DNA of 64,000 bases from Halotia branconii CENA392 (GTDB lineage Bacteria > Cyanobacteriota > Cyanobacteriia > Cyanobacteriales > Nostocaceae), in assembly GCF_029953635.1 (NCBI RefSeq), contig NZ_CP124543.1:535455-599454 (forward strand). Direction: 5' to 3'. A program made the translations under genes and the position numbers. Positions 40,129 through 51,235 of this stretch are shown piece by piece. Numbering within the stretch: position 1 is the first letter of the stretch; each line of letters begins with the position of its first letter. The notes beneath the pieces are model-generated. The model was given only the letters and a program-made list of their open reading frames with translations, was not told the DNA's origin and ran no database searches.

Positions 40129-40295
40129 TGCTCTTGCTCTTTCTGCGATGGTTTACTACAACATACTTTGTTTCTGTCTTGCGTTTGCTTAACAGTTATT
40201 CACTATATTCTATAGCATTTTCATTTCAACTTTATAGGACTATAGGAATCCGATTTGATTAATGAACATATTTGCGTAGGGAGGAAACAGGGAAC

Positions 40296-40380
40296 TCTTA
40301 ACGGGGAACACTTCGGCTACGCGGTAGTTGAGCGCAGTCGAAACTCAGTGCATCGCAGGAAAAAAAGGATTTAGGGGTGT
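40296..40380. repeat. Dispersed intergenic repeat (CACTTCGGCTACGCGGTAGTTGAGCGCAGTCGAAACTCAGTG core), flanked by the 18-bp direct repeats ATAGGAATCC(G/T)AT(T/A)TGAT at 40241-40258 and 40399-40416.
   Basis: The core is about 95% identical to 26798-26842. The flanking direct repeats were read directly. Confidence 0.65.
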
Positions 40381-40590
40381 ACTGAGTTTTTTCAAAAACC
40401 AAATATAGGAATCCTATATGATATTTTGCGGCAAAGGATTGAGGTAATGAATGCTACAGAGATAATTTTGAGGCATTTGCCTTAGATAATTAATTACAGA
40501 TGCGACAATGCTACATTAATACTACAAAAAATATACATAAAATTAAGAAAGCTGCAAGATAATCCTTGCCACTAAACTAGCTGCATAATT

Positions 40591-40941
40591 ATGGACATGA
40601 GCCTAGATTTTCAACCAGGACAAATTGTGTCTTTAGAATATGGTGACAGGAATCTGTATGCAGAAGTCATTCAAGTTGTGGTTTCCCGTCAGTTGTGTTG
40701 GGTACGTCCTTTATTGCTAGTCACCTACACCCAAGAGCTACCGTTAGTTACTGACTTAAGAGATGCTTCTGACTTGCTTTGGCCTGACAAGTTATTTCGA
40801 CCGGCCTTAGATACAGAAGTAATTACCTTGTTAAGCCAGGTATTGGCAAAAGACCCAAAAGCTGAGACTGACTCAGCTGCCAAGCAACAACTTAATCAAT
40901 TTATTTACCAACTTTGGCAAGCTTATAAGGATAACGGATGA
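40591..40941 (+). CDS. Hypothetical protein of 116 aa.
   Basis: A clean ORF with a plausible start. No recognisable motif. Confidence 0.45.
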   Translation: MDMSLDFQPGQIVSLEYGDRNLYAEVIQVVVSRQLCWVRPLLLVTYTQELPLVTDLRDASDLLWPDKLFRPALDTEVITLLSQVLAKDPKAETDSAAKQQLNQFIYQLWQAYKDNG

Positions 40942-41158
40942 AAGATAAAATTTCTCAAGGCAGCAAGACTGTAGACCAAAATAAAGTTAACTATTTTAAA
41001 GCTTAATCTTTCTAGTATAGTACGGCATAAATAAGCAGACCATTAAAAATGGCAAAAAATTGTAGATAATACAAGTCTTTTGACTTCCAAGGCAGCGGTA
41101 TTAGTTTCTTGTAAAAAAAACTTTGGCTCGAGAAAACTGGTAATACCCATACCTAGAA

Positions 41159-41374
41159 CTAATATACCCAGCTAGGGACTAATTTAACCCGACCTGCATC
41201 CATCTCTGCCATCAGTAACTCTAGAGCTTCGTAATCAACATCAGATATATAACCATTTTCAGTGAGTTCTGAGTTGATCTCATTTTCTATCTCAGGAGTT
41301 AGTTTTTTAATATCAAGAGCTTTTTCTACCAATTGACGAATAGCGTGCTTAGTTCTCATAAATAGATCATCCAA
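41159..41374 (-). CDS. Hypothetical acidic protein of 71 aa.
   Basis: A short ORF that cannot be verified further. Confidence 0.35.
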   Translation of the reverse strand: MDDLFMRTKHAIRQLVEKALDIKKLTPEIENEINSELTENGYISDVDYEALELLMAEMDAGRVKLVPSWVY

Positions 41375-41833
41375 CTTTAAAATATGGTACTAATTATCCG
41401 AGATTAAGTCTGGTATAAAATGTGATCTACATACTAGTATCTGAGTGATATAGATCACAAGCTGATGAGATAGTTAATTTGATATCAACCCTACTATCTG
41501 CCACAAGCAACCCTGAAACTCAAAGCGTTTGACCTAAAACTATATCTTGATCAAATCAGCTTTAAGTCATAGACCAATCAAGTTTTCTCAGCATAGTTAT
41601 GCTTGATGGATCTTCTTTACGGCTGTATCTGTTGATTGTTTTGGAACCGATGCTGAAAAAAAGTATATATGAATACATTTTACCCTGTATTTATGACAAT
41701 CTTTAAACAGACCCACTAAAGCAATAAAGATTCAGCAAAGAGTGACCAAACCTATGGTCGATGCTAGGGAAAACAGTTTATGTTCAGATAAATATGGGCT
41801 TCACAGTTCAATAACTTCAATTAGGATGTTGAT

Positions 41834-42136
41834 ATGCAAGCAGTACTGGAGTGTCCAAAAACTACTGTTATTCGTCCTCAAGGCATTTTAAACGCAGCCA
41901 ATGCCTTGGAGTTGGAAAAAGATTTGACAACAGCGTTAACCCAAGATAATACTTCAATCTTGCTAGTAGATTTAGCCGCAGTAGAATCTTTAGACAGTGC
42001 TGGCTTAATGGCATTGGTCTCTGCGCTCAAGCTTGCTCAGAGTTTAGGAAGGAGTTTACAGTTGGATTCTGTTTCTCCATCAGTGAGAATGATTTTTGAA
42101 CTTACACAGCTTGATGGAATTTTTGAGATAATTTAA
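41834..42136 (+). CDS. STAS-domain anti-sigma-factor antagonist (SpoIIAA-like).
   Basis: A roughly 100-aa STAS fold pattern (..VIRPQG.L......L...L.......ILVDL..V..LDSAGL..LV). The conserved phosphorylatable Ser lies in the LDSAGL context. Confidence 0.7.
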   Translation: MQAVLECPKTTVIRPQGILNAANALELEKDLTTALTQDNTSILLVDLAAVESLDSAGLMALVSALKLAQSLGRSLQLDSVSPSVRMIFELTQLDGIFEII

Positions 42137-42321
42137 AAGCTAAACCAATTTGTCAGGTGTATGAATTTTATATAATCTTTTATACTACCATTGAATGTAG
42201 CTTATTCAGCAAACTTGTGTAACAAAATTGTAAGTTTTCCAGATAAACCTGATTGAACGAACTAATCAATGTTAAGGTTACAAGTGATTAGCTGTAATTA
42301 AGGTAGCTAGAAGATAGCACA

Positions 42322-44937
42322 GTGGCTGTTGCAGTTGAAAAATTAATCACACCGGAAATTTTAAAGCCAGCGCGTTATCTGGGTAACGAACGCCTAGCAG
42401 TGCATAAAAATTGGGATACGGCAGAAATACGTTGGGTACTAACATACCCAGAAGTATATGAAGTAGGCTCGTCCAATTTAGGGCATATCATTTTATATAA
42501 CATCTTGAATGCCCAACCACGACAGTTATGCGATCGCGCTTATCTACCAGGGACAGACTTGGCAGCTAAACTCCGACAGACAGATACACCCTTATTTGCT
42601 GTAGAGTCAAAGCGATCGCTCACACAATTCGACATCTTAGGCTTTAGCCTCAGTTACGAACTCGGTGCAACTAACATTCTAGAAATGTTAGATTTGGCTG
42701 GAGTTCCCCTCACATGGCGAGAACGGGCAAAGGGAGAATATCCTTTGGTTTTTGCTGGTGGACAAACAGCAACTTCTAATCCTGAACCTTATGCCGACTT
42801 CTTCGACTTTTTCGCCCTCGGAGACGGTGAAGAACTTTTGCCAGAAATTGGCTTGGTCTTAGAAGAGTGCAAAAGAGCAGGACTAAACCGGGAACAGACT
42901 TTACTGGACTTGACACAAATACCAGGCGTATATGTTCCTCAGTTTTACGACATGGCAGCAGATGGCTCAGTTCATCCTCACCATTCAAATGTCCCAAAGC
43001 AAATTTTGCGCCGAGTTTCCACCCCGATACCAGCTTATTCCATTGGGTTAGTTCCTTACGTAGAAACTGTACATGACCGTTTGACAATTGAGATTCGGCG
43101 GGGATGTACTCGCGGATGTCGCTTCTGTCAACCAGGAATGCTGACCCGACCAGCACGGGATGTAGAACCTAATCAAGTTGTAGAAGCAATTGAACAGGGA
43201 ATGCGGGCAACTGGTTACAATGAATTTTCTTTGTTATCTCTAAGTTGTTCCGATTATTTGTCCTTACCTGCGGTGGGGATGGAAATTAAAAATCGATTAA
43301 AAAATGAAAATATTTCTTTGACTCTTCCTAGTCAACGAGTTGATAGATTTGATGAAAATATTGCCAACATCCTAGGCGGTACACGGCAAGGTAGCATTAC
43401 CTTTGCTCCAGAAGCTGGAACCCAACGGATGCGCGACATTGTAAATAAAGGTTTAACGAATGAAGAATTGCTAAGAGGCGTGAAAACAGCTTGGGAGCAA
43501 GGTTGGGACAAGATCAAGCTGTATTTTATGATTGGCTTGCCGGGTGAGACAGATGCCGATATTGTAGGCATAGCAGAAACAGTCAGCTGGCTGCAAAGAG
43601 AATGTCGGGGTCAAAGAAGAAAACCGCTTAACTTTAACTTAACAATTTCTAACTTTACGCCCAAACCTCATACTCCCTTTCAGTGGCACTCAGTTTCTAC
43701 TACGGAATTTAAACGTAAGCAAAATTTGTTGCGGTACGAATTTCGCCGGATTAGAGGAGTGAAAGTGAATTTCACCGATGTCCGGATTTCGGCAATGGAA
43801 GACTTTGTGGGTAGGGGCGATCGCAGTTTGGGTAAGGTAGTACGCCGAGCCTGGGAATTAGGCGCTGGCATGGATTCCTGGTACGAAAATTTGGATCAAG
43901 CTTTTGGTGCTTGGGAATCGGCGATCGCAGAAGCCGGCTTAGACTGGAAATATCGCCAAGTGGAAAACGGCGAATGGAATTTGATAGAAAGTATGAAGGA
44001 AAATAACCTTCATGCTTTATTTGATGCTCCCCTACCTTGGGATCATATAAATACAGGTATAGATAAAAAGTGGCTGAAGGAAGATTTACAACGTGCTTTA
44101 GAAGCTGCAACTGTTTTAGACTGTTCCTTTGAAGGTTGTTCTCACTGTGGCGTTTGTGGCACAGATTTTGGTCACAATATCGTGATCTCGCCACCTGCTA
44201 TTCCCCAATTTGCTGGTGAGTTTGTTCCCAACACAACTAAAGCCCAAAGACTGCGTGTCTGGTTTGGTAAACAAGGCGATATGGCTTTGTTAAGTCATCT
44301 AGACTTAATGCGCCTATTTGATCGAGTTTTACGGCGAGCAGGCTTGCCTATTGCTTTTACTGGTGGGTTTCATCCAAGTCCACGTATTTCTGTAGCCAAC
44401 GCCTTGGCTTTAGGAATTACCAGCAGTGGCGAAATTGTGGATTTTGAGTTAACACAACCAGTAGCAGTAGATATTTTTCGAGAACTGCTGGCTCACGAAC
44501 TACCCACAGATATACCTATATATAATGTGGTGCAGTTGGATTTAAAAGTTCCCGCTGCTAGCCAAATCATGGAAGCAGCAGAGTATTTGATTACAGTGGC
44601 AACACTTAGCACAGTTACATTTGCACAATGGCAAGAATGGATTGAAACAATCAAAGCAAAAGACGAACTCTGGTGGGAGCAAATAACCAAGTCAGGTAAA
44701 AGCCACTTAGTAAATCTGCGCTCGCGTTTGTTTGCACTAGAATTAGTACAGACTAACGATAATACAGCCCAAGAGTCTACAGTTGTCCTGCGTTATGTAG
44801 GTAGCTATCGTCCTGATGGGGTGCTGTTGCGTCCTGAACAAATCCTGTTTATGCTGGAAAAAGTAACAGGTGTAGAATTTCAACTTCTGCACATTCATCG
44901 CAATCAGTTATTTTTAGCTGACTCGCACTCTAACTAA
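42322..44937 (+). CDS. Radical SAM protein (TIGR03960 family) fused to a C-terminal DUF2344 (TIGR03936) domain.
   Basis: It has a GTG start. It has an N-terminal B12-binding-like region. The radical SAM cysteine triad is CTRGCRFCQPG. The C-terminal ~300 aa resemble DUF2344. Confidence 0.8.
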   Translation: MAVAVEKLITPEILKPARYLGNERLAVHKNWDTAEIRWVLTYPEVYEVGSSNLGHIILYNILNAQPRQLCDRAYLPGTDLAAKLRQTDTPLFAVESKRSLTQFDILGFSLSYELGATNILEMLDLAGVPLTWRERAKGEYPLVFAGGQTATSNPEPYADFFDFFALGDGEELLPEIGLVLEECKRAGLNREQTLLDLTQIPGVYVPQFYDMAADGSVHPHHSNVPKQILRRVSTPIPAYSIGLVPYVETVHDRLTIEIRRGCTRGCRFCQPGMLTRPARDVEPNQVVEAIEQGMRATGYNEFSLLSLSCSDYLSLPAVGMEIKNRLKNENISLTLPSQRVDRFDENIANILGGTRQGSITFAPEAGTQRMRDIVNKGLTNEELLRGVKTAWEQGWDKIKLYFMIGLPGETDADIVGIAETVSWLQRECRGQRRKPLNFNLTISNFTPKPHTPFQWHSVSTTEFKRKQNLLRYEFRRIRGVKVNFTDVRISAMEDFVGRGDRSLGKVVRRAWELGAGMDSWYENLDQAFGAWESAIAEAGLDWKYRQVENGEWNLIESMKENNLHALFDAPLPWDHINTGIDKKWLKEDLQRALEAATVLDCSFEGCSHCGVCGTDFGHNIVISPPAIPQFAGEFVPNTTKAQRLRVWFGKQGDMALLSHLDLMRLFDRVLRRAGLPIAFTGGFHPSPRISVANALALGITSSGEIVDFELTQPVAVDIFRELLAHELPTDIPIYNVVQLDLKVPAASQIMEAAEYLITVATLSTVTFAQWQEWIETIKAKDELWWEQITKSGKSHLVNLRSRLFALELVQTNDNTAQESTVVLRYVGSYRPDGVLLRPEQILFMLEKVTGVEFQLLHIHRNQLFLADSHSN

Positions 44938-45612
44938 AAAGTGAGCATCGGAATGCGTGTAAGTTGAGGCTATGCAAGCCTGTGACAACCACACAAATCT
45001 CTCGCAAACGCAGCGATCGTTCTGATATACTTCTTGGTAAAGCAACATAAACCCGGCAACGATTGCGAAAGTTAAGCAATCAGTATCGTGAAAACTAAAC
45101 GGTCAAAGTAGCTAGTTATGATTGTTACCAAAATTTGTGTCTTGGAAGGACTCTTGCCCTTGGAGGGAATATAAGACCAACAAAGCTATGGAGTTCTAAA
45201 GGCAGTTCCTGATTAATTGGAAAACTTCCATTGTACCGCAGGTCAATGTGTAGTAGTTCGCGAGTATAATCCCTGAAGGGTAACTTGCTAGTAGTTCCCT
45301 TAATGTGGAAGATCATGGGAATTGATTTTCAGTAAGGTTGCGTTAGAATCAGATGAAGAGAAATTTTCTGGCGCTGCATTGAATGAACTGGTTCACTACT
45401 CTGGTACTCAGGGTGCGGAAGCAAAGATATTAGAGTGTAACTTCTAGGATTTTATCCCAGACAAACAGCAGGCAGATCAAAGAACACTCTCTCTTGATAG
45501 CTATCTTGTGAACTAGTAACTAACAATAAGCTCCGTCGGCACCTCTGACTCTATGCTTTTTAAAACAACTGCTGAATACCTAATCCCTAGATGGTGAAGG
45601 TATCGCATCAAA

Positions 45613-45640
45613 AATCAACCACAGACGGTTGATTTATTTG
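45613..45640 (+). promoter_or_regulatory. Hairpin plus U-rich element in the long leader upstream of rne (attenuator-like).
   Basis: AATCAACC-acagac-GGTTGATT followed by TATTTG. It lies about 190 nt upstream of the rne start, within an 890-bp non-coding region. Confidence 0.3.
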
Positions 45641-45826
45641 CTTAAACAATATGCAGCCGTTCTGGAATAATCAGGCGTGTAAACGCAATTTCTTAGTCAA
45701 TAGCTCCTTAACTTTGAGCTTGAATCCACAATATTTATTACAAGCGGCACCTTTTAGGGCTGGCAGGGGTGAGAGGCATAACAAACCCCCAAGCCAATTA
45801 GTGCTGCCAATTTTTGAGGAAATTGA

Positions 45827-47923
45827 ATGCCAAAACAAATTATTATCGCGGAGCAGCATCAAATTGCCGCTGTCTTTTCTGAAGATCAAATACAAGAACT
45901 CGTTGTGGCCACCGGTCATCACCAAATAGGTGATATCTATTTAGGTGTAGTAGAAAATGTCTTACCTGGGATAGATGCGGCCTTTGTCAATATTGGTGAT
46001 CCAGAGCGTAACGGTTTTATTCATGTGACTGACTTGGGGCCTTTGAAGCTCAAGCGTACAGCTGCCGCAATTACAGAACTATTAGCACCACAACAAAAAG
46101 TGTTGGTGCAAGTGATGAAAGAACCAACGGGAACGAAAGGCCCTAGGCTCACAGGTAATATTACTTTGCCCGGACGCTACGTAGTGCTGATGCCTTATGG
46201 TAGAGGTGTAAATTTATCCCGACGGATCAAGAATGAAAGTGAGCGTAACCGTTTACGGGCATTGGCAATTTTGGTTAAGCCGGCAGGAATGGGTTTGCTA
46301 GTGCGTACAGAAGCAGAAGGCAAACCAGAAGAAGCGATTATGGAAGATTTGGAGGTGCTGCAAAAGCAATGGGAAGCCATTCAGCAAGAAGCACACTCCA
46401 CTCGTGCCCCGGCATTACTCAATCGAGATGATGACTTTATCCAGCGTGTATTACGGGATATGTATGGTGCAGATGTCAATCGGATTGTTGTGGATTCTAG
46501 TACTGGCTTGAAGCGGGTCAAGCAATATTTGCAGAATTGGAGTGGAGGTCAAACACCGCAAGGATTGTTAATTGACCATCATCGCGATCGCTCTGGAATT
46601 TTAGAGTACTTCCGCATCAATGCCGCAATTCGAGAAGCCCTCAAACCCAGGGTAGACTTGCCCTCTGGAGGTTATGTCATTATTGAGCCGACTGAGGCAT
46701 TAACGGTAATTGATGTGAACTCTGGTTCTTTTACGCGATCGGCAACAGCCAGAGAAACAGTTTTATGGACTAACTGTGAAGCTGCCACGGAAATTGCCCG
46801 TCAGTTACGTCTGCGAAATGTTGCTGGGGTAATTGTTGTTGACTTCATTGATATGGAATTGCGGCGCGACCAATTGCAAGTTCTAGAGCATTTTAACAAA
46901 GCGCTGAAAGCAGACAAAGCTCGTCCCCAAATTGCCCAATTGACTGAATTGGGTTTGGTAGAACTTACCCGTAAGCGCCAAGGTCAAAATATTTACGAAT
47001 TGTTCGGTGAAACATGTCCTACTTGTGGCGGTTTAGGACATATTGTGCATCTACCTGGAGAAAACGAAAACCGATTACCAACACCAGTAGAAATACCAGA
47101 GCGCTTTGTATCTCTGCCTCATAAAGAACCACGTTTACCCGCTGCTCGCATCACAGAAACACGGGAAAACTACGATGCCTTCCAAGAAGGATTTGATGGT
47201 GACTCTGACGTGAGCGCCTTGAATTTAATCAATCATCCTAGTTATCAAGAACTCGGCGATAACAACAAGCGTCGTACTCGCACTCGCCGTAGTCGGATTG
47301 GCATCAATGGGACGAACGGAAAAGATGAAACCCGGATTAATACTCATCCATTAGCTTTTGATAATGAGCCAGATTTAGACTTAGATGCTGAGGCAGAGCT
47401 AGAGTCTACACCAGATATCCCCTTACCTAATCTTGGTAAATCCGGTTGGACTGAACGGGCAGAACGTCATAAAGTTACCAAGGTAGAGCCAATTAAACCA
47501 GTGGTAGAACCACCGGAGATTAGGACTGTAGAAATGACCATTCCAGAACAGGATGTTTTTGCCTTGATGGGAGTTTCTCCTTTAGTGAAGTTAGAGCAAG
47601 AGGTCAAAAATCCTAAGTCCGTAATTATTAACATTGTTCAGCCTGGACAACTACCAAATGTGCCTGCTGAATTAGATGCAGAATCAACTGTTACTAAAAC
47701 AAAAAGAGAAAGTATTGATGTAAATACGAACACATTACAAATTGAAACAAAGCAGAAATCTTTACCAGAAGATGCATTAAAGCCAGAAGAGTTTGAAGCT
47801 AACCCTGTTGGAGGTTTCACCAATACAGAGGAAACTGAAGCTAGCAGCACTTCTATAGGCAACCGTCGTCGCCGTCGTCGTTCATCTGCGCTAGACGATA
47901 CATCTACCGCAGATGATAATTAA
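45827..47923 (+). CDS. rne: Ribonuclease E.
   Basis: It has an S1 domain (IGDIYLGVVENVLPGIDAAFVNIG), DNase I-like and Zn-link (CPTCGG) regions, and the cyanobacterial C-terminal Arg-rich tail (GNRRRRRRS). Confidence 0.9.
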   Translation: MPKQIIIAEQHQIAAVFSEDQIQELVVATGHHQIGDIYLGVVENVLPGIDAAFVNIGDPERNGFIHVTDLGPLKLKRTAAAITELLAPQQKVLVQVMKEPTGTKGPRLTGNITLPGRYVVLMPYGRGVNLSRRIKNESERNRLRALAILVKPAGMGLLVRTEAEGKPEEAIMEDLEVLQKQWEAIQQEAHSTRAPALLNRDDDFIQRVLRDMYGADVNRIVVDSSTGLKRVKQYLQNWSGGQTPQGLLIDHHRDRSGILEYFRINAAIREALKPRVDLPSGGYVIIEPTEALTVIDVNSGSFTRSATARETVLWTNCEAATEIARQLRLRNVAGVIVVDFIDMELRRDQLQVLEHFNKALKADKARPQIAQLTELGLVELTRKRQGQNIYELFGETCPTCGGLGHIVHLPGENENRLPTPVEIPERFVSLPHKEPRLPAARITETRENYDAFQEGFDGDSDVSALNLINHPSYQELGDNNKRRTRTRRSRIGINGTNGKDETRINTHPLAFDNEPDLDLDAEAELESTPDIPLPNLGKSGWTERAERHKVTKVEPIKPVVEPPEIRTVEMTIPEQDVFALMGVSPLVKLEQEVKNPKSVIINIVQPGQLPNVPAELDAESTVTKTKRESIDVNTNTLQIETKQKSLPEDALKPEEFEANPVGGFTNTEETEASSTSIGNRRRRRRSSALDDTSTADDN

Positions 47924-47931
47924 TTTATTTT

Positions 47932-48594
47932 ATGGTTGAGACACGGCATGACGCTCTTCATTCGCTAGCATCCTTAAGTGGATCAAATTGGCTGGAGTTG
48001 TCCTCTAATTTATTAGGCATTTCAGGTTTAATTGTGGGGGTGGATGAAGTCGGACGAGGTGCTTTATTTGGCCCTGTAGTAGCAGCAGCAGTGATACTAC
48101 CACCTTGTGCTATATCAGAGCTAATGGCAGCTGGGATTAAAGATAGTAAAAAGTTGTCTAGTTCTCGTCGAACTCAAATGGCACAGCTAATTTCTACCCT
48201 AGCAATTGATTGGAAAATCGGTTTTGCTTCCACTGCCGAAATCGACCAAATAAACATTTTGCAAGCTACATTGTTAGCAATGAAGCGGGCTGTACTCAAA
48301 CTCAAGGTACAGCCTGTAATCTGCTTGGTTGATGGCAATCAGCCAATGAAGGACTTGCCTGTACCACAACAAACAATAGTTAAGGGAGACGAGCGATCGC
48401 TTAATATTGCTGCTGCTAGTATTATGGCTAAAGTTTGGCGTGACGCTTTGGTGATGCGTCTGGCATCCAAGTACACTAAATACGACATAATACATAACAA
48501 GGGTTATGGTAGTCAAAAGCATTTGGTGGCACTGCAAGAATACGGTCCCTCACCCTTACATCGCAAGTCCTTTCGTCCTTGCCAAATTCAGTAG
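47932..48594 (+). CDS. rnhB: Ribonuclease HII.
   Basis: The GVDEVGRGALFGPVVAAAVIL active-site motif is present. The gene follows rne by 9 bp, the conserved cyanobacterial rne-rnhB arrangement. Confidence 0.9.
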   Translation: MVETRHDALHSLASLSGSNWLELSSNLLGISGLIVGVDEVGRGALFGPVVAAAVILPPCAISELMAAGIKDSKKLSSSRRTQMAQLISTLAIDWKIGFASTAEIDQINILQATLLAMKRAVLKLKVQPVICLVDGNQPMKDLPVPQQTIVKGDERSLNIAAASIMAKVWRDALVMRLASKYTKYDIIHNKGYGSQKHLVALQEYGPSPLHRKSFRPCQIQ

Positions 48595-48622
48595 GGGCAT
48601 GACATATACATGTACGCCCCTA
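48590..48622. terminator. Hairpin between convergent rnhB and the downstream minus-strand gene.
   Basis: An 8-bp stem, GTAGGGGC/GCCCCTAC, with a 17-nt loop. There is no clear U-tract. Confidence 0.25.
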
Positions 48623-48646
48623 CAACCAATTCATTGATTACAAAAA

Positions 48647-49234
48647 TTACTCTATGTTAAAAATTGGTAATTCACCATTTTCATCATCTAAAGCTTTTTC
48701 TTTTGTTTGCGAGATTACCCAGTGACGATAATCTGCTAGTAGTTGATGTAGCAACCGTTGTTTAATTGTCAACAACACACTCTTGAGTAAACCATTGCCA
48801 GTTGCTTCTAAAAGGGGTTTGGGAGTTAAAGAAAATGGTAGTGGCAATTCCACTTGCACTTCTAAATCGGCTTTTCCTTGTAGACGAGTACCAGTATTGA
48901 ACTGATAGGGAGACAAATGTCCTTGTAAATTTAAAGCAAAGCGCTGATTAACATACTCAAAACCAAGGATTTCACAACCTACTGACCGCAAAAAAATTGT
49001 TCCATTTGATTCTGCCCAGACTTTCATGTCTACAGTAGGTTGAAGACTTAGGGACATAAAAGTCAGAGGACGCATTTTCAAACGAAATACTTCCTTTGAA
49101 AGCTGCTGAATCCGTCGACTGTCCACCAAGGTATTAACCAAACGTTGAGGCTGACGCAAGTAATGCTGGATAGGAATAGGCTGCTGTGGAACAGTAATTT
49201 CTACCGATTGGGAGGCTGTGAACTTGGTAGCCAT
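48647..49234 (-). CDS. Conserved hypothetical protein (possibly DUF1997-like).
   Basis: A 195-aa ORF. The family assignment is from memory only. Confidence 0.4.
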   Translation of the reverse strand: MATKFTASQSVEITVPQQPIPIQHYLRQPQRLVNTLVDSRRIQQLSKEVFRLKMRPLTFMSLSLQPTVDMKVWAESNGTIFLRSVGCEILGFEYVNQRFALNLQGHLSPYQFNTGTRLQGKADLEVQVELPLPFSLTPKPLLEATGNGLLKSVLLTIKQRLLHQLLADYRHWVISQTKEKALDDENGELPIFNIE

Positions 49235-49549
49235 AGTTGCAGGAAGTAATTGTTATATATCTCTATTATTCATGATTTTTTTATATTTATTAATTTTAAT
49301 TGAGCAAAAATATTTATCTTGGGTTGGTTTATTTGAATAAGTAGATTTATTTATAGTTCTCATTCATCATTTAGATAGATTTAAAAATTATGTTTACTAA
49401 CTTTAGAGAGATAAATTATCAATCAACCGATAGGTAATTATTTAGCTAATGGCAATTACTTTAAAACATAACTTATATCACGATTTAATCAGGCTTTACT
49501 GTTGTTGAAAAAAGTAATTTTTGAACTAAATTAATTTGACATCGCGTTA

Positions 49550-51235
49550 ATGAAAAACCGCTATCATCTATTGCTAATACTACTATGGTTGGCTATTGGC
49601 ACTTGTCTACGCTTTTGGCGTTTGACATCTCTACCTCCTTGGACTGATGAGTGTGCAACGATAGTTTTTAGCTTAGGTAATAGTTTTCATACAGTACCAC
49701 TTAATCAGGTCATTAGTTCGGATGTGTTGTTACAGCCACTAAAAGCTATACCTACTGTAGGAATCAATGCAGTTATCGAGCATTTATTGCATGAAAGTAC
49801 TCATCCCCCAGTCTATTTTGTATTGTCCCACTTTTGGATGAAATGGTTTTCTTCCATAGGAGAGCTAACTTCTATTTGGGCAGCGCGATCGCTCAGTGCT
49901 GTATTTGGGATAGTATCAATTCCTGCTATGTTTGGCTTTGGCTATTTAGCCTTTCGTTCCAAATTAATTGGGCAGATGGCGGCAGCAATGATGGCAGTTT
50001 CACCCTACACTATTTTCTTGGCTAGAGATGCACGTCATTACACCTTGGTAATTTTGTTAGTAATTGCTTCTCTATGTTGTTTTGTTAAAACAGTTCAAAG
50101 TCTTCATCGCCAACAATCTTTACCACTTTGGATAGTATTTGCCTGGGTAGTAAGCAATACTTTGGGGGTAGCAACCCATTACTTTTTTACTTTAACTCTT
50201 TGTGCTGAAGGCTTTGTATTATTGAGGCAAATTTGGCACAACAGAAAACAGAAAGAATCGATGCAATCTAATTTATGGCGTATCGGAATAGTTGCTGTAG
50301 GTACTCTGATGGGATGTCTTGTCTGGATACCAACTATCAAAAATATTCCTGGTAATGAACTGACAACCTGGGTAGCAAGTAGCAATCCTCATGTGAGATG
50401 GTTAGAACCAATAGGACGGCTACTACTTTGGATACTTAGTATGCTATTTTTGTTACCTTCAGCAATCACAAACTTACCCGTGGCAATTGTGATTGTTTCT
50501 GGTGTAGTCACCTTGCTATTTTTGCTTTGGAGTCTGCCTCATCTTGTAAATGGGCTAAAAATCCAGCAGCATAACCATGATACTGATCTAGCAATACAAA
50601 TATTGATTGGATATGTAATTGGGGCGATCGCTTTGTGCTTATGCTTCACTTATGGTCTAGAGATGGACTTAACCTTGGCTGCTCGTTTCCAATTTATCTG
50701 TGCACCAACCATAATTTTACTATTAGGTGCTGCATTAGCAGGCTGTTGGCAGCGATTACAAAATTTCAAACTGCATCCGTTGGTAAATGGGAAAGTAGTA
50801 GTCAGTATAATTTGGCTAATGGCAATGTTTGGAGGAGTAACAGCAACTTGGAATCTAGGCTACTTGCAAAATCAACGCCCTGATCTTCTTGCAGCTGTGA
50901 TCCAAAAAGCATCTCACTCCAATGTACTAATTGCCACTACTCATTTACATCATGGGCAAACCGGCAGAATGATGGGGTTAGCCTGGGAATTTTTACACCT
51001 ACCTGCTCAAAATGTCCAGTTTTTCTTGGCTCACCAAGATTCAGATACACAAGATTATACCCAGGCGATACAAACGTTTGATGAACAACTTACTGAAATT
51101 CCCAGACCTTTAGATTTATGGTTAGTCGAGTTCCGGACTCAAGTTGATCTGGAATCGCAGCACTGTGTTATTGACAACCAGTACGGTAAATCTGCTGGTG
51201 AATACAGTTACAAACTTTATCATTGTGCAACATGA
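49550..51235 (+). CDS. GT-C type glycosyltransferase, family 39 / ArnT-PMT-like polytopic membrane protein.
   Basis: It has at least 10 predicted TM helices. The N-terminal loop carries WTDE (a DE/DD motif in the first periplasmic loop, as in ArnT/PMT). A large C-terminal soluble domain is present. Confidence 0.55.
   Translation: MKNRYHLLLILLWLAIGTCLRFWRLTSLPPWTDECATIVFSLGNSFHTVPLNQVISSDVLLQPLKAIPTVGINAVIEHLLHESTHPPVYFVLSHFWMKWFSSIGELTSIWAARSLSAVFGIVSIPAMFGFGYLAFRSKLIGQMAAAMMAVSPYTIFLARDARHYTLVILLVIASLCCFVKTVQSLHRQQSLPLWIVFAWVVSNTLGVATHYFFTLTLCAEGFVLLRQIWHNRKQKESMQSNLWRIGIVAVGTLMGCLVWIPTIKNIPGNELTTWVASSNPHVRWLEPIGRLLLWILSMLFLLPSAITNLPVAIVIVSGVVTLLFLLWSLPHLVNGLKIQQHNHDTDLAIQILIGYVIGAIALCLCFTYGLEMDLTLAARFQFICAPTIILLLGAALAGCWQRLQNFKLHPLVNGKVVVSIIWLMAMFGGVTATWNLGYLQNQRPDLLAAVIQKASHSNVLIATTHLHHGQTGRMMGLAWEFLHLPAQNVQFFLAHQDSDTQDYTQAIQTFDEQLTEIPRPLDLWLVEFRTQVDLESQHCVIDNQYGKSAGEYSYKLYHCAT

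Noticed and set aside
45125-45929. Small ORFs in the rne leader (45125-45316 minus, 45651-45929 plus, 45671-45925 minus).
   Set aside because: They overlap the rne start or lie in the probable untranslated leader, and have no conservation cues. An sRNA or structured leader is more likely than coding.
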